From NCBI GenBank assembly GCA_001600695.1, contig BCKQ01000002.1, positions 1,137,184 to 1,201,183 on the forward strand: 64,000 nt of DNA, written 5' to 3'. Shown here piece by piece: positions 11,269-23,136 of the stretch (position 1 is its first letter; every line of letters begins with the position of its first letter). The notes beneath the pieces are model-generated. The model was not told the DNA's origin, ran no database searches, and worked only from the letters and a program-made list of their open reading frames with translations. The position numbers and the translations under genes are program-made. Source of the DNA: Ascoidea asiatica JCM 7603. Its lineage: Eukaryota > Fungi > Ascomycota.

Positions 11269-12936
11269 ATGGAACTGGATGAAGATTACGATGAGAACCA
11301 TAATCAATCCAATCCAGAACAGGAGTCCAATAAAGTAGCTCAACAGGATCAAACTGCAGGCACTGGTAATTCTGAGAGCTCAAATAATCTTGCAAATTTA
11401 AAAAATTCAAATAAATCCAATAATGAGTTATCAAACTCTAATCATGAATTAGATGAAGAAGATGATGATGATGATGACGATGATGATTTTGAAGATCAGC
11501 ATGTAAATGTATCGAACTCAAAAAAGAATAAGAATAAAAATGGAAGTAAAAATTTAAAAAATGAAAAAACTTTAAAAAAAAAACCTAAGAAAGTTAGAAT
11601 TGATCCATCGATGCAAGGTGCAAATGGAGGTTATGCATGGGAAGCAGATTATAAAAAATCTTGGGATCTTTTACAAGAAGATGATAGTTCTTTAGCTGGA
11701 ATAGTTTCAAATATAGTTGAATCTAGAAAAAGAAGAATAATTAAAGATGCAAAATCTTTTCAAAGAGGTATCATAAGAACTTTAATATTAATAATCGATG
11801 CTTCAATAGCTATGAGAGAAAAAGATTTAAGACCAAATAGATTCTCATTAACAATACAATATTCAATCGAATTTGTTACTGAATTTTTTGATCAAAATCC
11901 TATATCTCAATTAGGTGTTGTAATGATGAGAGATGGTGTTGCAACTGTAATATCTGATTTAAGTGGAAATCCTTCAGATCATATAAATGTTCTCAAAAAA
12001 TTAAAAAAATTAGATGGAGAGCCAAGAGGTGATGCATCTTTACAAAATTCATTAGAAATGGCAAGAGGTTTATTATTACATATATCTGATAATTGTACAA
12101 GAGAAGTTTTAATTATATTTGGTTCATTGTTAACATTAGATCCTGGAGATATTAATAAAACTATAACATCATTAGTTAAAGAGAAAATAAGAGTTAAAAT
12201 TATAAGTTTATCAGCTCAAGTTTCAATTTGTGAAAAAATATGTTATAAAACAAATTTTAATGATAAATCTTCTTATAATGTTATTTTAGATGAAGTTCAT
12301 TTCAAAGATTTATTAATGAGTGCAGTTACACCAATGGCAATTGCAAAACAATCAGATTCAACTGCAATTAATAATTCAGGTACATATTCTTTAATTAAAA
12401 TGGGTTTTCCAAAAAGAATTTCAGAAATGTTACCATCATTTTGTTCATGTCATTCTAAATTAACATTTGGTGGATATATTTGTCCAAATTGTCAATCAAA
12501 AGTTTGTTCATTACCAAATGTTTGTCCATGTTGTAATTTAAGATTAATTTCATCAGTTCATTTAGCTAGATCATATCATCATCTTTTTCCTTTAAAGAAT
12601 TTTATTGAAGTTCCATTAAGTTTAAGTTATAAATATTTTAGATGTTTTAGTTGTCAAAGTGAATTTCCTAATTTAAATTTATTAGATAAAAAATTAAATT
12701 TAACACAAGAAGATGTTGATTCAATTAATGAAATTCAAAATCAAGCATTATTACAAAATAAATCAATGAATGAATTTGAAATTCAATCTTTAGATAAACT
12801 GTTTTTAAAAAAATTTAAAAATTTAAGAAGTTCAAGATATGAATGTAAAAATTGTAAAAGACAATTTTGTATTGATTGTGATGTTTTAATTCATGATATT
12901 ATGCATGTTTGTCCAGGATGTGAATTACAAAATTAA
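11269..12936 (+). CDS. SSL1: TFIIH p44 subunit
   Basis: GGYAWE, FQRGIIR, EKDLRPNRF, EFFDQNPISQLG vWA domain; C4 zinc motif; HLARSYHHLFPL; C-terminal RING-like domain. Confidence 0.96.
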   Translation: MELDEDYDENHNQSNPEQESNKVAQQDQTAGTGNSESSNNLANLKNSNKSNNELSNSNHELDEEDDDDDDDDDFEDQHVNVSNSKKNKNKNGSKNLKNEKTLKKKPKKVRIDPSMQGANGGYAWEADYKKSWDLLQEDDSSLAGIVSNIVESRKRRIIKDAKSFQRGIIRTLILIIDASIAMREKDLRPNRFSLTIQYSIEFVTEFFDQNPISQLGVVMMRDGVATVISDLSGNPSDHINVLKKLKKLDGEPRGDASLQNSLEMARGLLLHISDNCTREVLIIFGSLLTLDPGDINKTITSLVKEKIRVKIISLSAQVSICEKICYKTNFNDKSSYNVILDEVHFKDLLMSAVTPMAIAKQSDSTAINNSGTYSLIKMGFPKRISEMLPSFCSCHSKLTFGGYICPNCQSKVCSLPNVCPCCNLRLISSVHLARSYHHLFPLKNFIEVPLSLSYKYFRCFSCQSEFPNLNLLDKKLNLTQEDVDSINEIQNQALLQNKSMNEFEIQSLDKLFLKKFKNLRSSRYECKNCKRQFCIDCDVLIHDIMHVCPGCELQN

Positions 12937-13031
12937 TTTTTTTTTTTTTTCTTTAGAAATAAAATGAAGTGAAATATATGTATTATTAAATAACTTGTAA
13001 TAAAAGATTAAATTTTTTTTTTTTATAAAAA

Positions 13032-13667
13032 TTAAACCAATTGTTTTCTTGAACCATTAAAGAATAAATGAACTACAGCAACTTGTAAAGCTGCCATTCC
13101 ACACATTAATACAACTTCAAAAATACTGAACCAAAATATTCTTGCTTCAGTTGATTTGACAGTTGATTGATTTCTATTATTTCTAGTTTTATAATATTGT
13201 AAAGTTCTTATAAGATTATTAAGTTTTGTATCAATATTTTCAACAGAAGATACCATACCTTCTACACTTGCAGGTTGATTTGGAGTATCAGGTAAATGAG
13301 CTTTAAAATCATTTTCAAGTTTAATTTCAAAATCTACAACTTTTTCTGCAAAAGTTGACATACCATTTGCAAAACAAAATTCATATTCACCTGGTGTATC
13401 AGCTCTAAATACCCAATCACCTTGTCTTTGTTTTTCTTTAGATACAATTAATTTTCCATCAGGACCAGTGATTGCATAATCTACATCAAAAGATCCACCT
13501 GATTGAACAGCAAAATAATAACCAACATATACTTCTGGTTGATCTGTTAAAACATAATAACAGGATTTCTCTTGAGCTCCAAGTACAAAAGTTAAAGCAG
13601 AAGCATTAGAAAAGGATATTAAAGAAATTAAAACAAGAAGAAAGTGTATGAAATCTATCTTGATCAT
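13032..13667 (-). CDS. ERP2: p24 family gamma subunit (GOLD domain), Erp2/Erp4-like
   Basis: Signal peptide, FAVQSGGSFDVDY, YEFCF-N-MSTFAEKVVDFEI, YYKTRNNRNQSTVKSTE, TM helix and FF..RKQLV tail. Confidence 0.8.
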   Translation of the reverse strand: MIKIDFIHFLLVLISLISFSNASALTFVLGAQEKSCYYVLTDQPEVYVGYYFAVQSGGSFDVDYAITGPDGKLIVSKEKQRQGDWVFRADTPGEYEFCFANGMSTFAEKVVDFEIKLENDFKAHLPDTPNQPASVEGMVSSVENIDTKLNNLIRTLQYYKTRNNRNQSTVKSTEARIFWFSIFEVVLMCGMAALQVAVVHLFFNGSRKQLV

Positions 13668-14607
13668 TATTTTACTTGAGCTATATTCTAATTGAGAAAA
13701 TGTATTTAATGTGTTGATTTTCTATTTCATATTACTCTTCAAGATATATTCATGTATTTATATATCTATTTATCTATTTACATGTTTATTTTGCTATTTT
13801 TGGTTGATTTTACTCTTGGATTAATGCATTACATTGAGAATTGTTTTTGTTTGCTAGAAATTGGGAGCGTTGTGTTGTTGTGCTGTGTTGGTTAAGTTAA
13901 ATCTGTGCAGTATTGCGCCTCGGTAGCCACGCAGCGCAATCCTTTTAAATTATAACACCCGTGGGAATGGTTCAAGACCACTTATGCGGTACTTTCCAGT
14001 AACACGGACCCATGCAACTTGAGTGATACAGCTGTGTGTTTAATACAATAAAACGCACTATCAGCGTTCTTCAGTTATTGAGGCTGGTGTCATAATAGAT
14101 TTCTTCTTTAGTAATAATAAGGCTTGTTTATTATTATCTACATGTGGCGAGTGCTATATACTGTTTGCCTTGCTTTGTCTTGTCTTGTTTACATTCTGCC
14201 CTCTTTGGCCATTTTCAGGTTCAAGATTTAATTTTTCTGAGTTCAGTGGAGCTCCAACCAAACCTAATCACACAATAAGTTACTACGGATGCTGGATGCA
14301 ATTTGTCTCAGTTACGTGAATGTTACTCAAACAAAAATATATCAAAAGGTGAAGAATCAAAGAAGATAAATTATTAATATTTTATTTATATTTTATTTAT
14401 ATTTTATTAGTTCTGTTAAGGATCAATTGTTTATTTATATTCAAACTTTTTGCAAAATTATTATATGTTGCTAATATATGCTATTCATTCACTAATTCAT
14501 AATAATAATTCATTATTTCATCACTCAATTAATTCATTCATTTATTCGTCTATCCATTCATTTAATTACTCTTCTAAATTAAGACGTAAACAAAAATAAA
14601 AAATAAA

Positions 14608-16851
14608 ATGGAGCTTTTAAATGAAAAGGGCTATTCAAAAACTTTAGCCAATAGTGTTCTTGATGAACTTTATTCAAGAGCAGAAAAGATATCTTCGAAT
14701 TTACCTCCAATTTCTTTAGATTTTAATAATGATAATAATAATTCAAATAATAAAAATACTTTAAAATCTAGTGTTTCTCAAACTTTTAATAAAAATCATC
14801 AAGCAAATTTTAATAAAATGGAATCAATAAATAATTATGCTTTAAGAAAAAAAATCTTAATTTCAAATCAAAAATATCAAAAAATTCAATTAAATCAAAA
14901 AAATCAATCAAAAAGACAAATTAAACCATTACCACAAAGGAGATTACATAGAACTGAATATGAAATTAAAAATATTCCTCAATCACTTAATAATAATGAT
15001 AATAAAGTTAATAAACCTCAAAATCTTCCAAAAACTCCAGAAGATAAAAATAAAAGACTTTCTTCAGGTCAATTGAGCAGTGCTTCAAAAAGAAGAAAAA
15101 CTTCTTTAGGTCCAAAAGAAAATAAAGCTCATACTAAAAATTTAGAGAATAAAATGCTTAAAAATTTGAAAAATTTGGAAAATTTACAAAATCCTAAAAA
15201 ATTAACTAATAATACTAATATCAATATTACTAATAGTAATGACGATAATGATAGTGATGATTATAACCAAAAAAAACATATGATTATACCCAAATCAAGA
15301 AACTATAGAAATTTACATCAATTAACAACTTCTACCAATAATGATAATGATAACGAGACTAATAATGATTATATAGAAAAAAAATATAATGAAATCAAAT
15401 CTAAATTAGAAAAATATAAAAAGAAAAAAATGATAAAAGAAAATTCTTATAATATTCAAAATAATTATAATATTGAAAATAAATATAACTATATAAATGA
15501 AAGAAATAAAAATCGTCAAAAATTTGCTGATTCAAATTATGATTATGAACAATCTTTAATTTTAAAATTTGATCGTCTACCTTCTCCTTCAAAATTAAAA
15601 TATCATAATGATCTTCATAATAATCTAGATGATATTAATGATCTTGATAATTATGAAAAACTTGAAAAAATAGATCCAATCAACATTAGTAATATGATTA
15701 ATAACTGTAATAGTCATAATAACAATAGTGGTAATGATAATGACTTTGATGATGATTTTTTATCTACTAATTATACAGACTCAAATAAAGTATCAAACTT
15801 GAAATCAGAATCCAATATTCTTTTCAATCCTAACTCAAATTCTATTTCTCATTCTAATTTTCATTCAAATCTCAATAAAAATATCTGCGAAAAAGAAATT
15901 AATATTTTCAGTGATGATTCAAAATGTTCAAGTGACTCTAATGATAGTATTGTAATTGTAAAAGAAACTAAAATTTCTAATAATAATATTTTAAATCGTT
16001 TACATTCAAATAAAACAACTTCAAAAATAGATAAACCTTCTCAGCCAACAAGAAATTTATTATCTAACTCCACATTATTAAATAAGTCTAAACCGTTAAA
16101 TAAATATTCAACTAGATCAAATAATATACCTAGAACTACAAGTAGTTTATCTAATAGAATGACCAATAATGCCCGACCTATTTTACCTAGTAGATCAATA
16201 AGAACAAATAGAACAATTTCTACGAATTCTACAACTTCAACAACTTCTACATCTTCTGCAATTTCTAATGGCTCTACTATTAGCACACAAAGTTCAATGC
16301 TTTCTTTGTATGGAAGTAGAAAACCTCTGAATTCTCGATCAACATCTCAATCATCAAATTATACAAACTCAACAGAATCTTCCAATTTATATACCATGGA
16401 TTCTGGCTTTAAGAAACCTTTAATGCATAATCCAAGTGATCCAAGATTAAAATATAGAACTATAACATCTATAAATTCCACAAAAAATAATGGTAGCTCA
16501 ACTATTCGTTCTCATAGTTCAATTAGTTCGAGCCATTCAAATCATTCGAATAATTCCAGGAATCTCAATAATAATATTGCAGCCCAAAAAATAAAGCAAA
16601 ATTCTCTGTTGTCATTTCAGAGACCTACACTTTCTTCAACAAAGAAATCAAAAATTCCTCGAGCTATAAATGAATTACCGGCTAGTACTTTAAATTCAAT
16701 GGCTAAACGAAGAGGACCAGAAACAAAAAATACATTATCTCACAAGGAAACTTATCTGAATTTAAAACGTTCTATGGGAATGAGAAATATAAGTCGGAGC
16801 CGAGATATAAATACAAATAGAAGAAATATCCTTAAAAAGGATTATCTATAA
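14608..16851 (+). CDS. SHE1: She1-like mitotic spindle / microtubule-associated dynein regulator
   Basis: GYSKTLANSVLDELYSRA and FNKNHQANFNKMESINNY match recalled S. cerevisiae She1 blocks (GVSKRLGNSVLSELDSRA; FQAKHDSQFGQMESLDTHY); FQRPTLSS resembles FLMPTTNS; basic S/T/R-rich C-terminus. Confidence 0.75.
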   Translation: MELLNEKGYSKTLANSVLDELYSRAEKISSNLPPISLDFNNDNNNSNNKNTLKSSVSQTFNKNHQANFNKMESINNYALRKKILISNQKYQKIQLNQKNQSKRQIKPLPQRRLHRTEYEIKNIPQSLNNNDNKVNKPQNLPKTPEDKNKRLSSGQLSSASKRRKTSLGPKENKAHTKNLENKMLKNLKNLENLQNPKKLTNNTNINITNSNDDNDSDDYNQKKHMIIPKSRNYRNLHQLTTSTNNDNDNETNNDYIEKKYNEIKSKLEKYKKKKMIKENSYNIQNNYNIENKYNYINERNKNRQKFADSNYDYEQSLILKFDRLPSPSKLKYHNDLHNNLDDINDLDNYEKLEKIDPINISNMINNCNSHNNNSGNDNDFDDDFLSTNYTDSNKVSNLKSESNILFNPNSNSISHSNFHSNLNKNICEKEINIFSDDSKCSSDSNDSIVIVKETKISNNNILNRLHSNKTTSKIDKPSQPTRNLLSNSTLLNKSKPLNKYSTRSNNIPRTTSSLSNRMTNNARPILPSRSIRTNRTISTNSTTSTTSTSSAISNGSTISTQSSMLSLYGSRKPLNSRSTSQSSNYTNSTESSNLYTMDSGFKKPLMHNPSDPRLKYRTITSINSTKNNGSSTIRSHSSISSSHSNHSNNSRNLNNNIAAQKIKQNSLLSFQRPTLSSTKKSKIPRAINELPASTLNSMAKRRGPETKNTLSHKETYLNLKRSMGMRNISRSRDINTNRRNILKKDYL

Positions 16852-17517
16852 ACTTGAAAAGTATCTCTCATTTTCTAGTTATATTTCTAGCCATAATATT
16901 GAGACAAAAAACAATATACCCAATAATTTTTTTTTTTTCTTTCTTTCTTTTTTTTTCTTTTTATTTTTTTAATTTGACTTTACTTCTTTATTTTATTCTT
17001 CGTGAAATTTTGCTAATGTTATGTTGATTTTACTGACGCTTAAATAGATAAGTCATTTTTTTTTTATTGGACTTTCGACACTTTTTTCTTTTACATATAA
17101 GTTTTCAAAATTTCTCTCATATCTTCATAGTTCCATTTTTTTCATAATTTTTTTTTTTTTTTTGAGTATGGTGAATTAGGTTTCTTTCCAGGCTATTGCA
17201 AATCTAAAGATAAAGAATAAATGCTTTGTTGTCTTATTTCGTCTAAATTAATAAATTAATTTGCGCAAATCTCTTCTTTTTTTCTTGAAGAATTGATGTA
17301 GTTGAACTGAGAATCTCAATTTTTCACTTTCAGTTATTTCAAATAAAAATTGCTTTTGATTCGAAGTGTATCTATTTATGAAATTAAGGTGACTTTTTTA
17401 AAATTTAGAGTAGAGGATTTCTAAACCTTATTTTTATCTACATGAATCATGTAACATAATAACGTAAATACAAAAGATCCACAAACATGGATTCAAAAGA
17501 AAAACATCATTTGTGTG

Positions 17518-17556
17518 AGGGCTATTAAAACAATTAGCCCTAATAACATTCACGTG
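17518..17556. promoter_or_regulatory. Ribosomal-protein promoter module: inverted Tbf1 sites plus a Cbf1 site
   Basis: AGGGCTA (17518-24) ... TAGCCCTAA (17535-43) inverted pair, then TCACGTG (17550-56), upstream of RPS8; same architecture as Candida albicans RP promoters. Confidence 0.8.
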
Positions 17557-17847
17557 TACTTTTTATAATGTGCCGGTGTCTTTGTGACAGCGACAAAGTG
17601 GATTACTCCTGAAGTGTGCTCTCACTGCAAGTTTCAAATGTCAGCCTTTTCGTGTGCGGATTTTTGATTTGTTTCCGTATGATTTCCGCTCCTTCTAGTT
17701 TCGCTATCCATCTCAATCATTATCCATTCTCAACATCTTGTATTGGCAATAATTCACTACAGAAAAACGATTTTAGTTATAGAAAATAATAATTAATGAA
17801 ATATTTTGTTTTTCAATCTGTTAAGATAATCAACGAAAAATAATAAG

Positions 17848-18294
17848 GTAAGCATAGCAATAGTTTTGTGGAATGAAATGAAACAAGAATAGAATTTAGA
17901 ATAGAATCAAGAACTTATATAATAGTAAAATTTAAAAACCTTTAAGTTGATTTTGGGTTAGAAAAATATTCAAGAACAACAATTTTATGACATTTAGCAG
18001 TATTTCAATAGTAACATTAGCAATTAAAAGATTATAAGCTATCTGTTTCAGAAAAAAATTTATGAAAATATAATATTAAAATCGTAGTAATCCAGTTACA
18101 TTTCAAAAAATATAAAATTCAAAACATATTAGAATTTACCTAATACTATCTTTTTATATCCTATCATAACCAATATTCATAAAATCTTCTTAAATTTGTT
18201 CACGGTTCTAAATCAAATACAATTCATTATCACTTAAGCAAAAGTAATATATTATAAATTATTCAACAATTGAGTACTAACTAAATTTTCTTAG
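17848..18294 (+). other. 5'UTR spliceosomal intron of RPS8 (447 nt)
   Basis: GTAAGC donor at 17848, TACTAAC 18275-81, TTAG acceptor at 18294, 6 nt before the ATG; S. cerevisiae RPS8 genes also have 5'UTR introns. Confidence 0.85.
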
Positions 18295-18300
18295 ATCAAA

Positions 18301-18900
18301 ATGGGTATTAGTCGTGATTCTCGTCACAAAAGATCAGCCACAGGTGCTAAACGTGATAAATTCAGAAAGAAGAGAAAGTTCGAGTTAGGTCGTCAACCAG
18401 CTAATACTAAAATTGGTGCCAAACGTATCCATACTGTCAGAACTAGAGGTGGAAATCAAAAATTTAGAGCTTTAAGACTTGATACTGGTAATTTTTCATG
18501 GGCTTCTGAAGGTATTTCAAGAAAAACAAGAATTGTTGGTGTCTCTTACCATCCATCTAATAATGAGTTAGTCAGAACAAATACTTTAACTAAATCTGCT
18601 ATTGTTCAAATTGATGCTACCCCATTCAGACAATGGTATGAAAGTCATTATGGTTTACCTTTAAGTAAAAAAGGAAAATCTACTGAAGAAGAAGTTAAAA
18701 AATCAAGCAGAATTGAACGTAAATTAGCTTCAAGAGTTTCTGGTTCTAAAGTTGAACAAACTTTAAGTAGTCAATTCGGTGCCGGTCGTCTTTATGCTTG
18801 TGTTTCTTCAAGACCAGGTCAATCTGGTAGATGTGATGGTTACATCTTAGAAGGTGAAGAATTAGCTTTCTACTTAAGAAGATTAAATACTAAAAAATAA
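18301..18900 (+). CDS. RPS8: 40S ribosomal protein S8 (eS8)
   Basis: [15 protein letters not shown] ... [20 protein letters not shown]. Confidence 0.99.
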   Translation: MGISRDSRHKRSATGAKRDKFRKKRKFELGRQPANTKIGAKRIHTVRTRGGNQKFRALRLDTGNFSWASEGISRKTRIVGVSYHPSNNELVRTNTLTKSAIVQIDATPFRQWYESHYGLPLSKKGKSTEEEVKKSSRIERKLASRVSGSKVEQTLSSQFGAGRLYACVSSRPGQSGRCDGYILEGEELAFYLRRLNTKK

Positions 18901-19320
18901 ATTTGTCATAAATAATAAAATGTAATTTATTTCATGTTTTTAAAAGTAATATATTAAATGCCATTTGTAGTTTTAGTCTTGTAAATTTTCTTTTCATTGC
19001 TCAAGGAGTATACTTTATCGAAAACTTTTACAGTTAATATATTTTAATGATAAATTATTGATTAGCAATTATTGAAATGTCTATAAAGAAATTTTATAAA
19101 AATCAGTACCAATTTTAATAACCGATATAATGAGAAAAGCAGAAGAAGGTATAAAAGATGAATTATACAAAAAATGAAATAAGTTAATTGAAATAAGAAA
19201 AAAAAATTTTAAGTTGATAAAAACTAATAGAGAAGAATAAAAAGTATCAACCAAAAAAGAAAATGAAAAGGAAAAAGCAAATTGAAAGTAAAGTAAAAAA
19301 TTGGATTCTGTGATTTTTTT

Positions 19321-22245
19321 CTATTGTACATTAACTTCGATATTTAGTAGTCTAGTTTTACGCTTTTCCAATTTGGAGAAAGCCCCAACAGCCATGTAAT
19401 CTAATTCATTTAACTTGTTTTGTCTTTCCATTTCTATAGCCAATAAACCATCCTTTTCACAAAGAGGTTTACCATCTAATACAAAATAGTCTTTGATTAT
19501 ATACTGTCCACATTGAATACATTTTAAACAGTCAAGGTGAAATCTTTCTCTATTATTATTTTCTAGACAAGGACCTTCTATACCATTATTGCATAATTTA
19601 CATAAAGACCCATTTAAAAAATGAAAATCAAATTGACAATAAGGACAATCATCAATGACATAACAATTAGAACCCTTTTTGAACAAAACTTTGCATCTAT
19701 AACATGCAAAACATTTTCTATGCCAGCAACCAGACATTTGATGATCTTTTGACCAGATCGATTTTCCAGTAATATCATCTCCACATTTCCTACAGGGCCC
19801 TTCACCCGATGGATATTTAAATTCTGGATTTATATCTTCAAGTTTAGTTTTTTGAAGCTCCTCTGCCAATTCTCTGATGGCTTTTTCTGCCTTTGTTTCT
19901 TCAATCAATGAATTTATTTCATCTATAACAGGACTAGTATTAAAGAAGTCATCATCAATATCAAATTCTGATTTATTGGTATTGATTTTCTCCAAGTCTA
20001 ATGGCTGTTCAGGTGATGATAAAAGCTTGAATTCTGCACTATTATTATTTGGAGTATCAATCAAATTGAGACTATTTAATGGATCATTTTCATTTGTTAA
20101 TTTCGGAGAAGCTTGAGTCGATTTGGAAGGAGGATTTGTTTTTGGATTATTAGGATCAATTATTGTAAGATCTGCAAATTCTTTCTCAATTCGAGAAGCT
20201 ATCGATCTACTACCAATTGAAGACCCAGAGCTTATTGGTCTATGATTTATTAATTCTTTATCGAGAGATAAAGGATCTGTATGACTTGTAGGGGACAAAG
20301 GAGTGTCAATGAAAACACCATTTGTTGGAACAGGGGATTGACTTGGAGATATAATACTATTTTTATTACTTAGAGACTTTTCTAAAGATTCAAAGAGGTC
20401 ATTTGCTAAAGTCTGTGATTGTTGTAATACAGGAGTATTATTACTAGAAGAAACATATGTTGAAAGAGGACTTTTCTTATTTTCAGAATGTTCCTTCTTT
20501 GAAATATCATCATGTTCTTGTTCATCTAAATCCACCAAGTATACTGAAGAAGCTATGGAGGTACGTTTGTACTTATTCAAATCATTTACCATAATAGAAT
20601 TTCTAGGATTATTTGATTTCGGAGCTTGTTTTGAATCTCTCGTATTTGTTTTCTCGTTATTATGATATTCTTCATCTTCTTCTTCATCTTCTTTTTCATC
20701 TTCATCTTCTTCTAAAATAACATCTTCTTTATTATTAAGCAGAATTTCTAAATTAGGAACTAATGGTGTTGAATCTCTTTTAGAAGTGAAACCACTGTTA
20801 GTACCAACGTTGCTATTAGGTAAAACTCCAATTGAAAATCTATCTAATTTATTTGACAATTTTCCAATCAATTTCTTATTTTGTTTACTAGCCAATGACT
20901 CGTAATCAGGATCAATTGGTGAGGAAGGTTGACTGTTTTCACTATTCAGTCCAGAAACTTGACTGGATAGACTAATTGGACTTTTTGGACTTTCCATTGA
21001 TACTGGACTATCGATTGATATTGTAGGAATAGCAGAAGAATTCTGAAAAATAGTCAATGTTTTTGGATCATAAGTTTTAGAGTCATTTTTGCTAATGGTA
21101 TCATACCTTGTTAAACTTATATTTGGAATATTAGAATGCTTTACGGAACTATTTATATCCCTGGATGAAATTTCATCTTTATTCTTTTCCACCGAATTAT
21201 TTTTTTCTAAATTAAAACCTTCATTATTGGAACTGCTATTCTTATCATTGAATTTAATTTCTTTTTTAATAGATTGGTTATTGAGATCACCAACATTATC
21301 CTGGGTCTCTAATTCTTTAAGATTCTTAAAATTGGAAATTTCTGAGTTGCTTGGATCGGATTCAAAGTTGTTATTATTATCTGTATTTTCAGGTATTTTT
21401 GGTTGGGTATTATTAAAGTTATTATTAAAGTTATTATCGAAATTATTATTATTCTTATTATTACCAATATTTGAAGGGTTATTCCTGATTTGACTTGGGG
21501 TATTATTTACATTATTATTAATGGATTGAATAGATTGATCATTTTTATTTGGAGAAGTAAAATCAACAGTTGTTCTAGGAGTTGAATTTGATGAAGTGAA
21601 TGGAGAATTTAATTCAGAAGAAAATGAACTTGGAGAAAAAACGGAACTTAAAGTAGTAGATTGAGTATCATGTTTATTAGAATTGTAATTATTATTAAAT
21701 TGAATATTTCTTGGAGATTGAAAAGGAGAATTTAAAGAACCAGTTGGAGTACCAATGGAATTATTAAATTGATTTGGAATAATTTGAGTATTTAATGGAG
21801 GCATATTTTTTGAAATTTGAAATTGAGTTGGAATTTGAGATTGAATTGGAGATTGAACATTTCGAACAAATTTTTGATGATTTAAATTTGAATTTAAATG
21901 TGGAGAACCAAAAGGAGGTTGAATTCTTGATTGTTTTTGAACAACTTTTTGATTTTGATTAAAATGATTTGGAGATTGAGAAGAATTAAATCCAGAAGGG
22001 GAACTTGTATTATTGTTGTTATTGTTATTGTTATTGTTATTAGGGTGGTTATTTTGATTTGCTAAAGATATATCTACATGTAAATCAGGAGGATAATTAT
22101 TATTATGATTATTATTAAGATTGTTATATGGTTTTTCTTCTATAATTGAATTAAATCTTGAAGAATTAAAATTTGGTTTTGGAGAATAAACGGAAGAAGC
22201 AGTTGTGAAAGTTGAATCACGAAAATTATTTGAGGAATTATATAA

Positions 22246-22314
<69 letters not shown>

Positions 22315-22849
22315 GATATTAGGAATAGGTGGTTGAAAATTATTAATATTTTTATTTAAAGGAGAAAAAGAACGAGGAGAATTTGGCGAATGTGATTGGG
22401 AATGTGATTGAGATTGAGAATGAGATTGAGAAGGGGAAGTGGAAGAAGAACTTGAATTTGAATTTGAGTTTGAACTTCTATTTGATTTTGAATTTAAAGG
22501 AATATTTGAACGTAAAGGGGAAGATAAATTAGATGAAGGAGCAGAATTACGAGGAGAAGAAAATGAAGAAGAATAATTAGGAGATTTTTTATTATTTAAA
22601 TCATTTGCAATGTTATTTATTGGCGAATTATTTGAAGAATTATTTGAATCATTTTTTGTTGAAATGGTTGAAGAAACTTCAGAATTTGAATTTGAATTAG
22701 AATTTAAATTAGAATTAAAATTTTGTTCTGAATTAGGTAATAAATTTTGAGCAGATTTTGATTTTGATTTTGAAAGTTTTGAGAAAAATGGAGATCTTGG
22801 AGATTTTAAGAAATTTAAATTTGAATGAGAATGATTTTTATGATTTGAA

Positions 22850-22886
<37 letters not shown>

Positions 22887-23136
22887 CAAATTTATTAATT
22901 TCAAAACCAGCTCTTTCATAAACACCTTTATATGATCTATTTAAATCTAAAGGAGGAAAATTACTATTAATTCTATTTAAATTTAAAATTGGAGTAACTC
23001 TTGAAGAATATATTGAAACATTTGATGAAGAAACATTTGAAGAAGATATATTTGATCTAATTGGAGTTAAATTTTGATTTGGATTAAGATTCAGATTTTG
23101 ATTTTGATTTTGGTTTATATTTGTATTTGACTGCAT
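19321..23136 (-). CDS. PXL1: Paxillin-like LIM-domain protein
   Basis: YPSGEGPCRKC...WHRKCFAC and CKLCNNGIEG..FHLDCLKC tandem LIM domains at the C-terminus; YKGVYERAGF and EKRKTRL conserved patches; long N/S/P low-complexity middle. Confidence 0.85.
22247..22315. repeat. (AAT)n trinucleotide microsatellite encoding about 23 Asn in PXL1
   Basis: Read directly; similar tracts near 3380-3417 (VPS5) and 6535-6572 (intergenic). Confidence 0.9.

Noticed and set aside
11032-11352. 106-aa antisense ORF overlapping the SSL1 start
   Set aside because: TTG start, lies over the promoter and SSL1, no recognisable motif
17550-17690. Point-centromere-like CDEI (TCACGTG) and CDEIII-like TGATTTCCG
   Set aside because: The spacer is not an extremely AT-rich CDEII, and the site is better explained as the RPS8 promoter
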